From contig NC_043004.1 of assembly GCF_006345805.1 (NCBI RefSeq), positions 67,580,001-67,644,000 of the forward strand: a DNA stretch of 64,000 bases, written 5' to 3'. Both the position numbers and the translations under genes were made by a program. The DNA is from Octopus sinensis (taxonomy: Eukaryota). The notes under the pieces are model-generated. The model was not told the origin of the DNA and did no database searches. It worked only from the letters and a program-made list of their open reading frames with translations. This document shows, one piece after another, positions 38,196-51,500 of the stretch. Every line of letters begins with the position of its first letter. The first letter of the stretch is position 1.

Positions 38196-38595
38196 GAATT
38201 CAGTAATGATCAATGAGTTCTTATTGATTCATCAACCGAAAGTGATACGAATGACGTATCTAATTCACAGAGTAAAGATCACGAAAGTATGTAACATAGA
38301 TCCATCCTATTACATTTAAAGTTGAATAAAAGCCGGAACAGCAACATTGCTAAATTTCACTCGCGAAGGGGCAGGATTGGGGGAAATGTAAACGAGGAAA
38401 AGCCGCAAGTCAGAGAAAACGAAATCTAAGAGGAGGAGATGAAGGAAAAATTGAAGATGAAGAAGGTAAAGATGATGACGGTGATGATGATGTGCAGAGA
38501 AAGATGAAATAGGGCTGATGACGATAGAGACTAAGACAATATAATCAATTGACTATATAGGAATTTTACATGATGCGATGTATAAAATACTTTTT

Positions 38596-38790
38596 TTTAT
38601 TCTTTTAATTGTTTCAGACATTTGAATGCAGACATGCTGGAGAACCACGTTTAGTAGAGCAAATCGACCGCAGGATTTACACTTTGTAAACCTATTACTT
38701 CTTCTATCGATCTCTTTTGCCGAACCGCTAAGTTACGGGGACGTTAATACACCGGCATCGGTTGTCAAGCGAAGTTAGAGGGACAATCAC
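38596..38790 (-). mobile_element. SINE family A tail module
   Basis: Matches 50450-50650. Confidence 0.85.
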
Positions 38791-38922
38791 AGACGCACAA
38801 GCATTAAGTGTTATGTCTGTAGTGGCTACATATATATATATATTATATATATATATATAAATAGATAGATATATAGATAGATAGAGAGAGAGAGAGAGAG
38901 ATAGACAAATAAATAGATAGAT

Positions 38923-38960
<38 letters not shown>

Positions 38961-38991
38961 TAGATAGATAGATAGATAGGGAGGGAGAGAG

Positions 38992-39030
<39 letters not shown>

Positions 39031-39069
39031 AATATAGACAGATAGATACAGACAGAGAGTATATTTTGA

Positions 39070-39141
39070 TTGCCTCGATATCTGACGAGATGCCGGAGAA
39101 GGTTTCTGCCTCGACATCCGAAAATCGAAGTCTAATGGCAA
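39070..39141 (+). ncRNA. Degenerate type I hammerhead, long-stem-II family
   Basis: CTGACGA-GATGCCGG..TCGACATC-C-GAAA..GTC; outer stem I ttgcc/ggcaa. Homologue at 60220-60293. Confidence 0.55.
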
Positions 39142-40030
39142 ACGAATAATTGTCAGATTTACAGATAAGTTCCTATACATAATACTGAGGTCTCTTTCAT
39201 TCTTTTGTTGTCTTATAATTACTATATATGTTTGTGTGTGTGTGTGCGTATGTATGTATGTATGTATGTATGCATACATACATACATACACACATATAAT
39301 ATGGTTGTGACTTTGTGTTTTGTTTGGTGTTCGCCTTCGCCCTTCTGCTTGTCTAGCGGAGTTGGTTTGGTTACTTCCACGTTGCATAGTGTCTCAGCGA
39401 CGGTGTATGAATATAATAAGAACTAGGATCGATATTTTCGCCTCCCCTTCACGGTGTCAGACGAATGGCTGAAAGAATTTAAAGAAAGAACAAAAACAGG
39501 TGTATTTCAGGAATTCTTATTAAGTATTGCAAAAACTACAGGGATTTCGCGGTGGAACAAAAATCCCTGCTAAGAAAGAACGAATAAAATCTCAACAGTT
39601 TAATTTAACTTGTGGAAGTTATTACCTACATCTACCCAAGTCTCTTAAATGTGTCATGAGGCATCTAAGTAATTTCTGTTGAAGATATTGAACAATAAAA
39701 TAATTTTAGCGTGCAATCAACAGATATATTTGTCCAATTCGAGGCAAAATGAAAATCATAATTGTTCTCATTGGGATGTCATCCTAAAATCCGTAGCTGG
39801 ACTTCAGTTATATTCACATATATATCGCAAATAGATGCAGCTTTCGTCCTTTCCTTCAAACACTCATGAATCGAAATTGATGCGTATGATCAGCATATTT
39901 GTTGAATTCGACCTAACATCATTTGTTCTACTTGAAATTCCATATAGTTGTCTTTATACCAAAAATATATTCTCTGGCCTTTCACGCTCCTACAAATCAA
40001 GCCATTATAAAGCATAGCTTTTTGTTCCTT

Positions 40031-40118
<88 letters not shown>

Positions 40119-41075
40119 GTAAATTATAATAATTCCTTAAACTTCTACCGAGTAATTACAATTTGTGTTTTACTGATTCCCCAACAGATTTCCAAAACGC
40201 TTATCTTGAGTCATCCTAAGTTAGACACTGCTAAAAATTTAATCAATTAAAGTACATACTCATTAGTTTGAGATCACATAACGTGAACCATATACTTATC
40301 TCTAAAGTATCGGATACACTACTTCGTGATACATATACCAATCTCTTTGCCACGCGTATAATTAGAGATTTAATTTGCAAGAGAATATGACTGTGACATA
40401 TTTTATATCAAATTTAATTCCAATATAGAGTAGACAACAATTTCGTTTTAGTTAGTTACTCCCTCTACCTAATTTCTATAGCATCAACGCCGATATTTAA
40501 GTGAATTACTATTCACAAAACAGAGTGTAATATATTGCGTGGAGAAAGAGCGTCATATTTAATTATCTTAATTCTTTTTTTGTTCCGTTGTATAATACTT
40601 AACAAAATAATTGCTTCATAGAGAAAAAATATAGTTATTAATGTTGAGAACACACTAAGTAAAAGTGCTCGGGGAGCTAGTTATTATGAGAAAGCTTAAA
40701 TGAATGTAATTAGCATTGAATATTTGTAGCGTACTAGCAAATTTGTATAAAACTTAAAAGAAAAAGAAAAACATTTTCCATGACTATAATCAATTCTACT
40801 GCCAAATCTACGTAAATGTTATGGTTAGCGGGGAATATATGCTCATTCTGTATAATCGAATTCGTATAAGTATAGTTTCGCATTCACATATTGTATAACA
40901 AATTTACCTTTATTGTCTCGAGTTCTAGGACATCGTGTCGGTTAGCTTGGTGGAAAAATGAGCGAGGCCATACTTCCCCAGAAAAGGACGGTAGTCTATC
41001 GCAGCGGCACTGGTTTACGGCTGAACAGCCTGAAACAAGGTGAAAAGAAGGGTATTATTGAAGACCACAAGACAA

Positions 41076-41150
41076 AACCTGGTCCAGGAATCGAAACTGC
41101 ATTCTGTAATCGTGCGTGCAAAACCCTAACTAATAAGCCATACGCTTCAA
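41076..41150 (-). mobile_element. tRNA-like SINE head
   Basis: Minus strand reads tggcttattagttaggg...gtttcgattcctggacc (A-box and B-box-like). Confidence 0.55.
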
Positions 41151-41810
41151 ACCTAATTTACATGATATACATTATTAACTTCTTAGATGTCACTTGTTCA
41201 TAAAGTGAGCCAATGTGTGGGCTTCTCTTAGAATTCTGGTCCTACTAATATGTTTGTCGTGGTCGACAACTCCACGTTTCCAGTTTTGCTTCTTCAATGG
41301 CGTGAATTTCTTGAAGTGGATGGCAACTTGCCTGGAATAGATCCACGTAGTGTAATCTCAAAACAATATTCTGCGGCGCATAGGTGTGATATACAGGATC
41401 AGACAACGCAAATGCATTTAACTGCCATGAAACTAGATACGAGCTTCAACTCGTCTAGTCAGTTCGTCGAGAGATTATAAATCTGCATGCGATTATTTTG
41501 TCGTTGAAGAGATTGACTATGTCCCTAAAGATCTGACTCAATCAGTGTTCTTTTCGGGAAGATTTTAGCTATGACAGTCACTTTCTATTAAATCAGACGA
41601 TCTCTTAAAATGACTGATCGATTAGGAGTGCGGAATCAAGCCTCCAAGGACACACTCACGAACACATATATGTAGACATATTATAGACATAACATATATA
41701 CATACACACAAAAATAACCACACAAACACATATACATGCACTAGCACACACACGTATGTACGCCCATATATATATATATATATACTAACATACACACATA
41801 TATACATTTA

Positions 41811-41911
<101 letters not shown>

Positions 41912-42109
41912 GGAAATATGTTACAAAAAGAAAGTAGAAACTACACGTGGAAATGTAAGTGGAATGTAAGAAGAAAGATAAGTGAAAATGCACATTGGAA
42001 ATCAAGAAAAATTAAAGGCTTTTTTATGAAAAGTAACAAAAGATATATACTATTAGACGAACTGAGGTAGGAATAAAAGTAATAACAGTCATTATTGTGA
42101 ATTATTAAA

Positions 42110-42420
42110 GAGATTTAAACGCATACCGGTTTCGTAAATTACTAATCATTGCTTTAAATGCACACCGATTAATGAACGGTGTCAGGTCTAATAGTCCCTG
42201 AGTAAAGAAATTATGTGTAAGGGAGGTAAGTTGTTCTGGACTTGGTGCAATGAGGGTAGATATAGATCTGTAATGTGAATTGTGCATGGGTTGTATGGGG
42301 GTTAGTGGTATTAATTGAAAAGTTAGTAGTTTTCTGTATTATGTTATGTGTTCATGGGAAAGGTATTTATTGATGAAAGTAGCCTCTTTATGGATGCTTT
42401 GTTGTATTGAGCTGTTCTGT
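42110..42420 (-). mobile_element. PLE 3' remnant
   Basis: Minus translation HKEATFINKYL resembles the EN C-terminus at ~50170-50210 (NKEAKFIENT). Confidence 0.4.
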
Positions 42421-42440
42421 GAACATTTAATATATATATA

Positions 42441-42635
42441 TTCGTGCTGCACGAAGTTTTGTCAGTGAACAGGTCGCGGTCTCAAAGCTACGAAAATATT
42501 TTGACAAATTAAATTTAAATGTTGAAATGAATCTAACGGGTTTGTGTTTTTCTTAAATAGCTTATAAACACCTTCCATGCTGCAATTGTTTTCGTTCCAG
42601 CACACGATCTCATATCAAGTCACTCGCTATGCAAG
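42441..42635. repeat. Unclassified ~195-bp interspersed repeat (family C)
   Basis: Inverted homologue at 50861-51050; terminal palindrome TTCGTGC-T-GCACGAA. Confidence 0.85.
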
Positions 42636-42883
42636 TACATCTTCGTTATATATATATATATATATATGTATATGTGTCTAATTTGCATATGCAACAAAGT
42701 ATAATTTATACCGTAATTAATAATAATTATTGAAAGTTATCGAGTCGTTTGTGTTTTCTATACAAGCTTTGATTGTCTTTGGATCCTACCAACTGTTTAC
42801 TAGGACCAATTCATCTTATTATATTTTATTCATAATATAGATACATATACACACATTCATACATACATATTGACATATAGATA

Positions 42884-42947
<64 letters not shown>

Positions 42948-43805
42948 GTAATACTGTTTGCAAATATTTCTCGGGAGATATACTATGTGGATGTAGCACG
43001 AATGTCGGAGTCCCAAGTGATCGGATAACATTTGGCTTCGTAATGAGCACTAAACTTTGTATTTCGAATTTTTCATTCGATTGTACATACCGTAATAACG
43101 TATATATGTTTACAATACTCACATATAAATACACACACATATACATATATGTGTGCATGTATATATATACATATATATATATATGTGTGTGTGTGTTTGT
43201 GTGTGTATCTCTACGCAAGCCGACGTACACATCAACATACACAAACTCACACATACACACACTAATGTATGCATTTAACTCATCAATATCAATTTTCCAA
43301 TAATTGTTAATTGTATTTACAGTGATTTAAATTACAACCAGTTTTATTTGATTTCTTCCAGCTAAAGTCCACGACAGCGTTACCGAAATTAAGTGAAATA
43401 AATTATTCCCTAACCAAACTTTAGTTAATCTGTTACGAATGTTTTTCCTTTTTTCTTCTTCCAAGATTTTTTTTTATTCTCTGCATTTTTTGTGATTTTA
43501 TTTATTTATTTATTTGTTTTGTAAGTAAGACGTCTGCCCGTAATTAAATTTAGAATGGATTGTTTGTCTGGTATTTATAGAGATGTTTCGTTGTGATTAG
43601 CGATATATAATCTTGTTTTTCTCTTATATTTATAAATGTTCTTCAAGGAAAGATATGCCCGTGTAGTTATAAAGTTTCAAGTAGAACCATGTTGTCTCTG
43701 GTACATTCCCACTGCGAGGTAGTTGATAGGCCCGGTCAGACTAATGCCTTGTATGTGAATTATGTGGAAGGAAATGTGTGAATTTCTGTCGTATTTATGT
43801 ATGTA

Positions 43806-44378
43806 CATAGGCGTAGGAGTGGCTGCGTGGTAAATAGCTTGCTTAGTAACCACATGGTTCCGGCTTCAGTCCCACTGCATGGCAAATTGGGCAAGTGTAT
43901 TTTACTAAATTCTTGTGAGTGGATTTGGTATATATGTATATTGATATATATGTGTGTGTGTGTGTGTTTGCGGGTGTGCGTATGTTTGTGTGCCTGTGCT
44001 TGTCCTCAACATCACTTGACTACCGATGCTGGTGTGTTTACGTCAACGTAACTTAGAGGTTCGGCAAAATTAACCGATGGAATAAGTACTAGGCTTATAA
44101 AGAATAAGTCCTGGGGTCGAGTTGCTCGACAAAAGGCGATGCTCCAGCATGACTGAAAAAAGTAAAAGTTTATAATATATGTACGTATATAAATAGAAAT
44201 GTATTGGAGCAGGCGTGAATGTGTGGTTAGAAGATTGATTCCCAACAACATGGTTCCGGGTCCAATACCACAGCATGATATTTTGGGTAAGTGTTTTATA
44301 CTACAGCCTCGGGCCGGCCAAATCTTTGCGAATGGATTTGGCAGGCAGAAACTGAAAGGAAACGGTCGTGTATATATG

Positions 44379-44422
<44 letters not shown>

Positions 44423-44427
44423 TATAT

Positions 44428-44472
<45 letters not shown>

Positions 44473-44524
44473 TGTTATATTTCGGAATGGTCATTTTGCC
44501 AGTTTAGCCAACAAATATATAAAC

Positions 44525-44570
<46 letters not shown>

Positions 44571-44740
44571 ATTGACAATCGTTGTTGGTGTATTTAGCTT
44601 TCCCCTAAACTAGAAGTTCGGTAAAAGGAACTGATATAAAAAATATTAGGCTTTAAAGAATAAGTCCTGGGTTGATTTGTTCGACTAAAACCCTTCGAAG
44701 TCGTCTTCAAGCGTAGCTGCAGTCAAATGACTGAAACAAG
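43806..44740 (+). mobile_element. Cluster of SINE family A copies (43806-44165, 44208-44370, 44570-44740)
   Basis: Heads aggcgtaggagtggctgcgtggtaaatagc and aggcgtgaatgtgtggttag; tails gaataagtcctggggtcga and gctccagcatg. Confidence 0.88.
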
Positions 44741-44767
44741 CAAAGCGATATGTACTTGTACACAGAT

Positions 44768-44955
44768 ATCAGCAATTTTCGTGTAGGGAGTAAGGCGATT
44801 ATCTGGACCCCACTGCTCAAGAGTAATTCTTTTATAGACTCCGATAGTATAAAAAGCTAAGTCGATCTGAGAGAAATTGGAACTCACACCGGAAAGGTGG
44901 ATAAAATGCGGTTAAGCATTTTGTCAAGCATGCTAACGATTCCAGCAGCTCGTCT
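44768..44955 (-). mobile_element. SINE family B, degenerate
   Basis: Homologous to 2990-3185. Confidence 0.7.
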
Positions 44956-45424
44956 CCTTTGAGTAATTGCAATATCGATGTCATTAGTATCTATGCTAGT
45001 ATAAGCTTTATTCAAATTCTCGAACTTCCAAGAGAAAATAAGTAATTGATGAACAGAATTCTATTATCTAACTGGGTAAAGGTGAGGTTAAACTTCTCTT
45101 TCGTTATATATCTTTATAGCAGCAGTACTTAATGATTATTTTTTGATTTTCTAAAGTCACAGATGAAAGATACAGCACAAGTGGAGAATATTATGATAGA
45201 TTATCCTCTGTTAATAGACACAGATATGAAATTTCCAATATAACTCCGATGGCCACCTATTAGTGAATATCAGTTTGGGATTTGATTGCATTAACAGAAA
45301 ATAGAGTGACATGTTCACTGGCATAAGCATACACTGGCATAGCCTTTTCACATATGTCTACTAGTGTGTGCGCACACACAAACACACACACACACACGCA
45401 GACACGTACATACACACGCACACA

Positions 45425-45457
<33 letters not shown>

Positions 45458-45477
45458 TAGTATATATGTGCGTGTGT

Positions 45478-45528
45478 TACGGGCACAAAAACACATCAGC
45501 ATCCGTTGTCAAGCATCATGATGAAACA

Positions 45529-45591
<63 letters not shown>

Positions 45592-45800
45592 ATATGTATG
45601 TATGTAGTTGTGTCTTTCTCTGCACCACCACCATCACTTGACAACGAGTGTTGGTGTGTTTACATTCTGTAACGTAGCTGTTCTACAAAAGAGACCGACA
45701 GAATAAGTACTAGGCTTACAACAATAAGTCCTAGGGTTGATTAGTTCGGCCGCAAGCATTGCTTTAGCATGGCCGCATTCAAATGACTAGAACAAGTTAG
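45478..45800. mobile_element. SINE family A tail fragments around a microsatellite
   Basis: accaccatcacttgacaac..gaataagtactaggcttac..gcatggccgc on the plus strand, plus a short reverse-oriented fragment at ~45480-45535. Confidence 0.75.
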
Positions 45801-45822
45801 AGAGTATTTATATATATATTAT

Positions 45823-45892
<70 letters not shown>

Positions 45893-47799
45893 ATATATAT
45901 CTGTGTGTGTGTGTATATGTGTGTAATATCATATAGTCGTATGATATTGTTGTTTTTATGTCTTTGTGAAAAGTTCAATGCATATATCTTCCTAGTTCAT
46001 ATTCCAGGTAATCTAATATGTAAATGTTTAGAAGTTAATTAGTATTTTTAAAATCAGAGACAGCACTTATGAAGTTATATAGTAGATATTTTATTTCTTT
46101 CTTTTTTGATATGCACATTTTTTTTCTTTTATCAAATCTACTATCATGGCGTAAACAATTACTCACATACTTCCTAACTGAAACCATTCACCGCTCTTTT
46201 GGTTTTGTTGTTTATAAAATTTTGCTGTACTTAAAACGAAGTTGGTTCCTGTGTCCTATTTTGAGGAGGGTGTGTTCTGATTTCTACGGGATATTTCTAA
46301 TATTTTTCCTGAAAGTACGAACGTGTTGAAAGTTATTGCAAGCTTATTCATGTCATTGTTTCTATATTAGTGAAACCACATTCTTTTCTCATTCTTCCTT
46401 TCTCTTTTAATTCAATAGCATTATGTTTGCTGAAAATGTACCTAATTTTTTTTTAACAGAGTGAGCAACTGTTAGCTATAGATTGATAGTTGATAGTGCT
46501 GTCAGAAGACGGACGTCTTCAAAAGACAGGTCGATCACAACGAATCAGGCATTGATATATAATACTACTTTAGACGAGCCCGTTTTAGAGATGCAATTTC
46601 TGGTTATTTCGATAAAAAGTAAACATTACAATCTAAACCTGGAAATGTAATTATTTTCAGGAAATATTCATTTTATTTATCTAGAATACTTTGGAATGCA
46701 ATGAATATTGTATGTAATATTAACATTGGTTACGCATTTACAAAATATTTTATTGCAATTCTACAATAGTTACACTTAACAAAGTTTCTCGGAATCTTAG
46801 TTGTAGGGAATGAAGAAATATGTCTCCGAAATAGCAGCTGTTGGAATCGATTAAACGAAATTTCAGTACCGAATCCTTACAAGGAATTACAGGCCGGAAA
46901 AAGATTGACAAATTCCGACGTATTCCGACCGTTGTGATCGTGGAAACGGATGTATAGCTTCTGGCCGGCAGACAATCAGGTGATAGGATTTACTGGAATT
47001 CGGAGCACTTGAATATCAAGTGTGTTTATCTTTACAGTTGAGAGGAGATGGTTGAGATGATGAGATATTGGACAGAATGCTCATAGATTTTAGGTTCACA
47101 TCCTGCCCTTTAGGACATTTTATTTACACTTAAGATTTACATACAATTTGCAACTGACACTTAACGTTACAATTACGCACTTGGTACTGCTCAGTCCAAT
47201 TATATGTAAGACTGAATTGCTGAAAATCTAGCCAAGTGAGGATGCTTCTACGTGGTCAAAACTTACTAGAATTAGAAGCGAAAGCTTCCTCAAAACATAC
47301 CCTAGTGAGTCAACTAAGGGTTGCTAGCATTCGATAATGGATTTCCCTGTCTCAGATGAATTCCATAGATCGTAGGTTTTATTGCCAGAGAAAAACAAAA
47401 CAGCAGCAAAGGCATTCTCAACATTTGGAAAACTAAAACGCTCATTCAGAAACACAAAAACTTGTATTATTTCTGCGCATTTCCAAACGCGACATCATTA
47501 AATCTAGGTAATTACTACTTAGAAATCTAGGGTCTACACAGCAATTACAACAAATAAAACCATGTTATAAAATACATTTTGCTTTTTCTTTCCTTTTTCA
47601 AGTTTCAGCCATTGAACTGCAGCTATGCTGTGACAGTACATTGAAAGGTCCTTAGTCGAACGAATCAACACCAGTATCTGTTCTATAGTTTTCTTACCCT
47701 TAGCTAATAGGTTTGAATGATGTAAACAAACCAATACCCGTTCACACGCACACATTGGTTATAATAATTCTTTGCTAAGGGAAAGAAACTATTTCTTTC

Positions 47800-48940
47800 G
47801 TTTGTTTTCCCTAGGCTGGTTTTTGTTTTTTTTGGTTGTGAAGTCCACTATATATTCATCTTAAGTTGAGGTTTATATTTTTCAATAAATATAGGGTCTT
47901 TATTTAGTCGTTCTAGAGCTGAGATCCTTTCTTTGCATAGGTATAGCGTGTAGAATTTCATACAGCTTAAGGTTGTTATCTAACATTGGAAGATTTTGGA
48001 CAATAATGTTGTTTCTGGGGGTGTATGTGGAAATATGAAGTAATATTTTTAGAGTGGGTGTATTGTTTCGTTTGAGCTGTATTGGTGTTTATATATTAAT
48101 TATTTTGCACGTTTTATCTCACCATCTGTAAGTGAAGCTGGGTAGTGTTTCTCGGCGAATACATTTTTTTAAGTTCTTGCAGTTTACTTTCTCTGGTTTG
48201 CCTTTACGACACGATTGTGCAGATTCTTCTCGCTAGATTGAATGGAATATGTATTTTAATGTCTCGTGTATTATGAGAAAAATAATGTATATTTTTCAAG
48301 TCTGTAGTTTTGTAAAATATGTCTGTTTCTATTATTTATTGATTGATTTCTCAGGCATATCTAGAAAAGGGAGTTCATTTTTGTTGTGATCCATTGTAAA
48401 TTGTATAGTCTTATTTACTGCTATTGAGAAGACTTATGAATTCCAAATGAAACAGCCATCCAAATATCTATTCCAATCTTATTTTATGTATTGGCGAAGG
48501 GGACTTCTAAATTTTGTGAGTGATTCCTGATATACTGGTGGTTTAAGATAGCCCATCCTCAGCTTTGCAAGAACGGGAGTTTCCTTGCTTTCAATCGCAC
48601 TCCGAACTTTTGTCAGTATACAGTGGTGTCAAACATGAAGTGATTTTGCTGAAGGTATTGCTATATAGGACATTAAAGGAGACCAAATGTGTTCTTACCT
48701 TTACTCTTTTTTGAAGGCGGTTTAACATCTCCATATCATTTCTAGAGTAACTTCTAATATATTTTAGAAGTGGTCTTATGAGGGCATCAATGAAGAAGCT
48801 CACTCGATGCATTTCACAACATGGTCCAGCTATGATAGGTCTTAGTTTTAAGATCTCCAGGTGTTGGTGTATGCATGTATGACATCGGTGATTTTTCAAT
48901 CGCTTCTTTATGATATGGCTTTTACTAATATCTCCCATAA
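47800..48940 (-). mobile_element. Decayed PLE copy (RT and GIY-YIG), internally deleted
   Basis: LKLRPIIAGPCCEMHRVSFFIDALIRPLLKYIRSYSRNDMEML, QFTMDHNKNELPFLD, IETDIFYKTTD, and KFYTLYLCKERISALERLNKDPIFIEKYKPQL. Confidence 0.85.
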
Positions 48941-48944
48941 TTGT

Positions 48945-50240
48945 GGATTAGAATTACCTGAGTTCTGGCTGGAAATATATGTAGAAGAAATACTGTAACC
49001 TATTAGCAAAGGGTCTATAATGGAATCATTAAAATTTATCCTCCATCAAAATCACTTCGTCTCTGACACTAGTGTATACAGACAAACATTGTAGCCAAAG
49101 CAGCCCCAGTTATGGAAAACTTGACAATGAGCTACTGGGAACTAACAGTATATCAGAAAATTCTGAAATCCCCTTTCCCAATAGTTGGATGAGAACATCA
49201 AGTAACTTTTGGAATCCAAAAGACTTTTCAACAGCATAAATACAAGTATACAATACACAATGGGACACAACAAAAATCAACTTTCTTTTCTAGATATAAT
49301 AAATAAAACAATAAATAAAAGATAGAAACCGACATACTTTACAAAACTACAGACACGAAACAATACATATTTACATATTATTTAGGTCTCACAACGCGAG
49401 AAATAGTAAAATACATATTCCATTCAATCTAGCGAGAAGAATATGCACTATAATGTTGTAAAGTAACACTAGATAATTCAGAGTACAAAATCTTAAAAAC
49501 ATAATCGTCGACAGACACTACCCAACTTCACATATAGATGACGGGATAAAACATACAAAAACATAAATATACAAACACTAAGAGAGGTGAAACATATCAA
49601 CTCACCCTCTCCAAAATCATCAACTTATAGTTCCATATACAACCCCAGAAGCAACGAAGCAAATAAAGTTATTAGCCAAATCATTCTAATACTACATATA
49701 AACACTAGCTGTATGAAATTCTGCGCACCCAGAAAATTATTAAAAGCAACAAACAGTGAAAACCATTAAAGCGGATACACACAAATACAAAACAATACTA
49801 AAAAATAACAGAACAAGAGTTAAAAAATGTGGACGACTGAAATGTGGAACATGCCCTAACACTATGGAAGGGTCAGAATTCCATTTTAAATAAGGACAAA
49901 TATTTAAAGTTAAAACTGACTTCACTCTGCGCCTCTGAAAATCTCATCCATGTCATAGCATGCTCCGGTTGCAACAGGAACTGGATAGGCTGAATTAGAT
50001 TTTCCGTAAGACCTAAGCCTACATTACACAGACCGCAAATTTACCACCTGCAACACCGTCAATTACTACTCCGTGGTCACATTGACAAATGTGATTAGGA
50101 ACGCCAATCATAATTCACAATATTCACACTATATCAATGCACGGGACGGACCTCAACTCGACAACGACTGAATAAAGAGGCAAAATTTATTGAAAATACA
50201 AACCAGAACATAACATGAATATATAATAGCGCTGAAAAGT
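48945..50240 (+). mobile_element. Decayed PLE copy (RT and GIY-YIG), same family, opposite orientation
   Basis: FWLE..SKGSIMESLKFILHQNHF, KAAPVMENLTMSYWE, CASENLIHVIACSGCNRNWIG, and RQRLNKEAKFIE. Confidence 0.85.
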
Positions 50241-50368
50241 GAAAACAGAAACAACCAAGGAAAAAAGATTTACCTCCCCTTAGTTAAGAAATAGTATACC
50301 ACTGATTAGCTCTTTAGCTAAAAGAACATCATATTCAATTTCCGCGTTAAATCTTATATGTGTATATG

Positions 50369-50431
<63 letters not shown>

Positions 50432-50449
50432 CTATATATATATATCTTC

Positions 50450-50860
50450 TTTCTTTTAATCTTTTACTTGTTTCAGTCATTTGACTGCGGCTATGTTGGA
50501 GCACCAACTTTAGTCGAGAAAATCGACCCCGGGACTTATTCTTTGTAAGCCCAGTACTTATTTTATCGGTCTATTTTACCGAACCGCTAAGTAACGGGGA
50601 CGTAAACACACCAGCATCTGTTGTCAAGCAATGCTAGGGGGATAAACACAGACACACAAACATACATACATACATATATATATATATACATATATACGAC
50701 AGGCTTCTTTCAGTTTCTGTCTAACAAATTCACTCACAAGGCATTGGTCGGTCCGGGGCTATAGCAGAAGACACTTGCCGAAGGTGCCACGCAGTGGGAC
50801 TGAACCCGGAAACATGTGGTTGGTAAGCAAGCTACTTACCAAACAGCCACGCCTGCGCCT
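50450..50860 (-). mobile_element. SINE family A, best-preserved full copy
   Basis: tRNA-like head (tggctgtttgg, ggttcagtccc), conserved body, internal (TA)/(CA) tract, and a tail ending cagtc-aaat-gactg-aaacaag-taaaag. Confidence 0.93.
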
Positions 50861-51048
50861 GCATAGCAAGTGATTTGATCTGAGATCGTGTGCTGGAACG
50901 AAAACAATTGCAGCGTGGAAGGTGTTTGTAAGCCATTTAAGAAACACACAAAAGCCGTTCGATTCACTTCAACATTTAAGTTTAATTTGTCAAAATATTT
51001 TCGTCGCTATAAAACCGCGACCTGTTCACTGACAAAAATCCGTGCTGC

Positions 51049-51050
<2 letters not shown>
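50861..51050. repeat. Family C repeat, inverted relative to 42441-42635
   Basis: Direct comparison by eye shows high similarity along the whole length. Confidence 0.85.
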
Positions 51051-51084
<34 letters not shown>

Positions 51085-51088
<4 letters not shown>

Positions 51089-51256
51089 AGAGTTTACGAA
51101 AAAGAAAGACGAAGACAGGTGGTGTACAAAACAAACAGATGTATTAGTATAACGCTCAGTCAGAGAAAATGTCTTTTACGTTTCGAGCCCACGCTCTTCT
51201 ACAGAAAGGGACACAGAAAAAACAAGGAGAGAAAAAAGTGTGTGTAGTGGCTAACG
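51085..51256 (-). mobile_element. Solo PLE-terminal fragment with a minimal HHR (51173-51208, core CUGUAGA)
   Basis: CTTT-CTGTAGA-A-GAGC(GTGG)GCTC-GAAAC-GTA-AAAG; flanks align with 12940-13120. Confidence 0.8.
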
Positions 51257-51292
51257 ATCTCTCTCTCTCTCTCTCTCCTCTCCTTCTCTCTC

Positions 51293-51329
<37 letters not shown>

Positions 51330-51339
51330 CTATATACAC

Positions 51340-51500
51340 AGGACAAGCTTGTTTCGGCTTCCCTCTACCAAATAACAAAGAGTTAGTTAGCCCGAGGCGC
51401 CGTAGCAGAACACAGTTACCCCAGAAGCTAGGCAGTGAGACTGAACCCAGAGTCTTGTGAAGCATGTCAAGCAATCTCTTCTTACCACACAGCCATGTCT
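51340..51500 (-). mobile_element. SINE family A head, degenerate
   Basis: gactgaacccagag..cttaccacacagccat. Confidence 0.65.
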
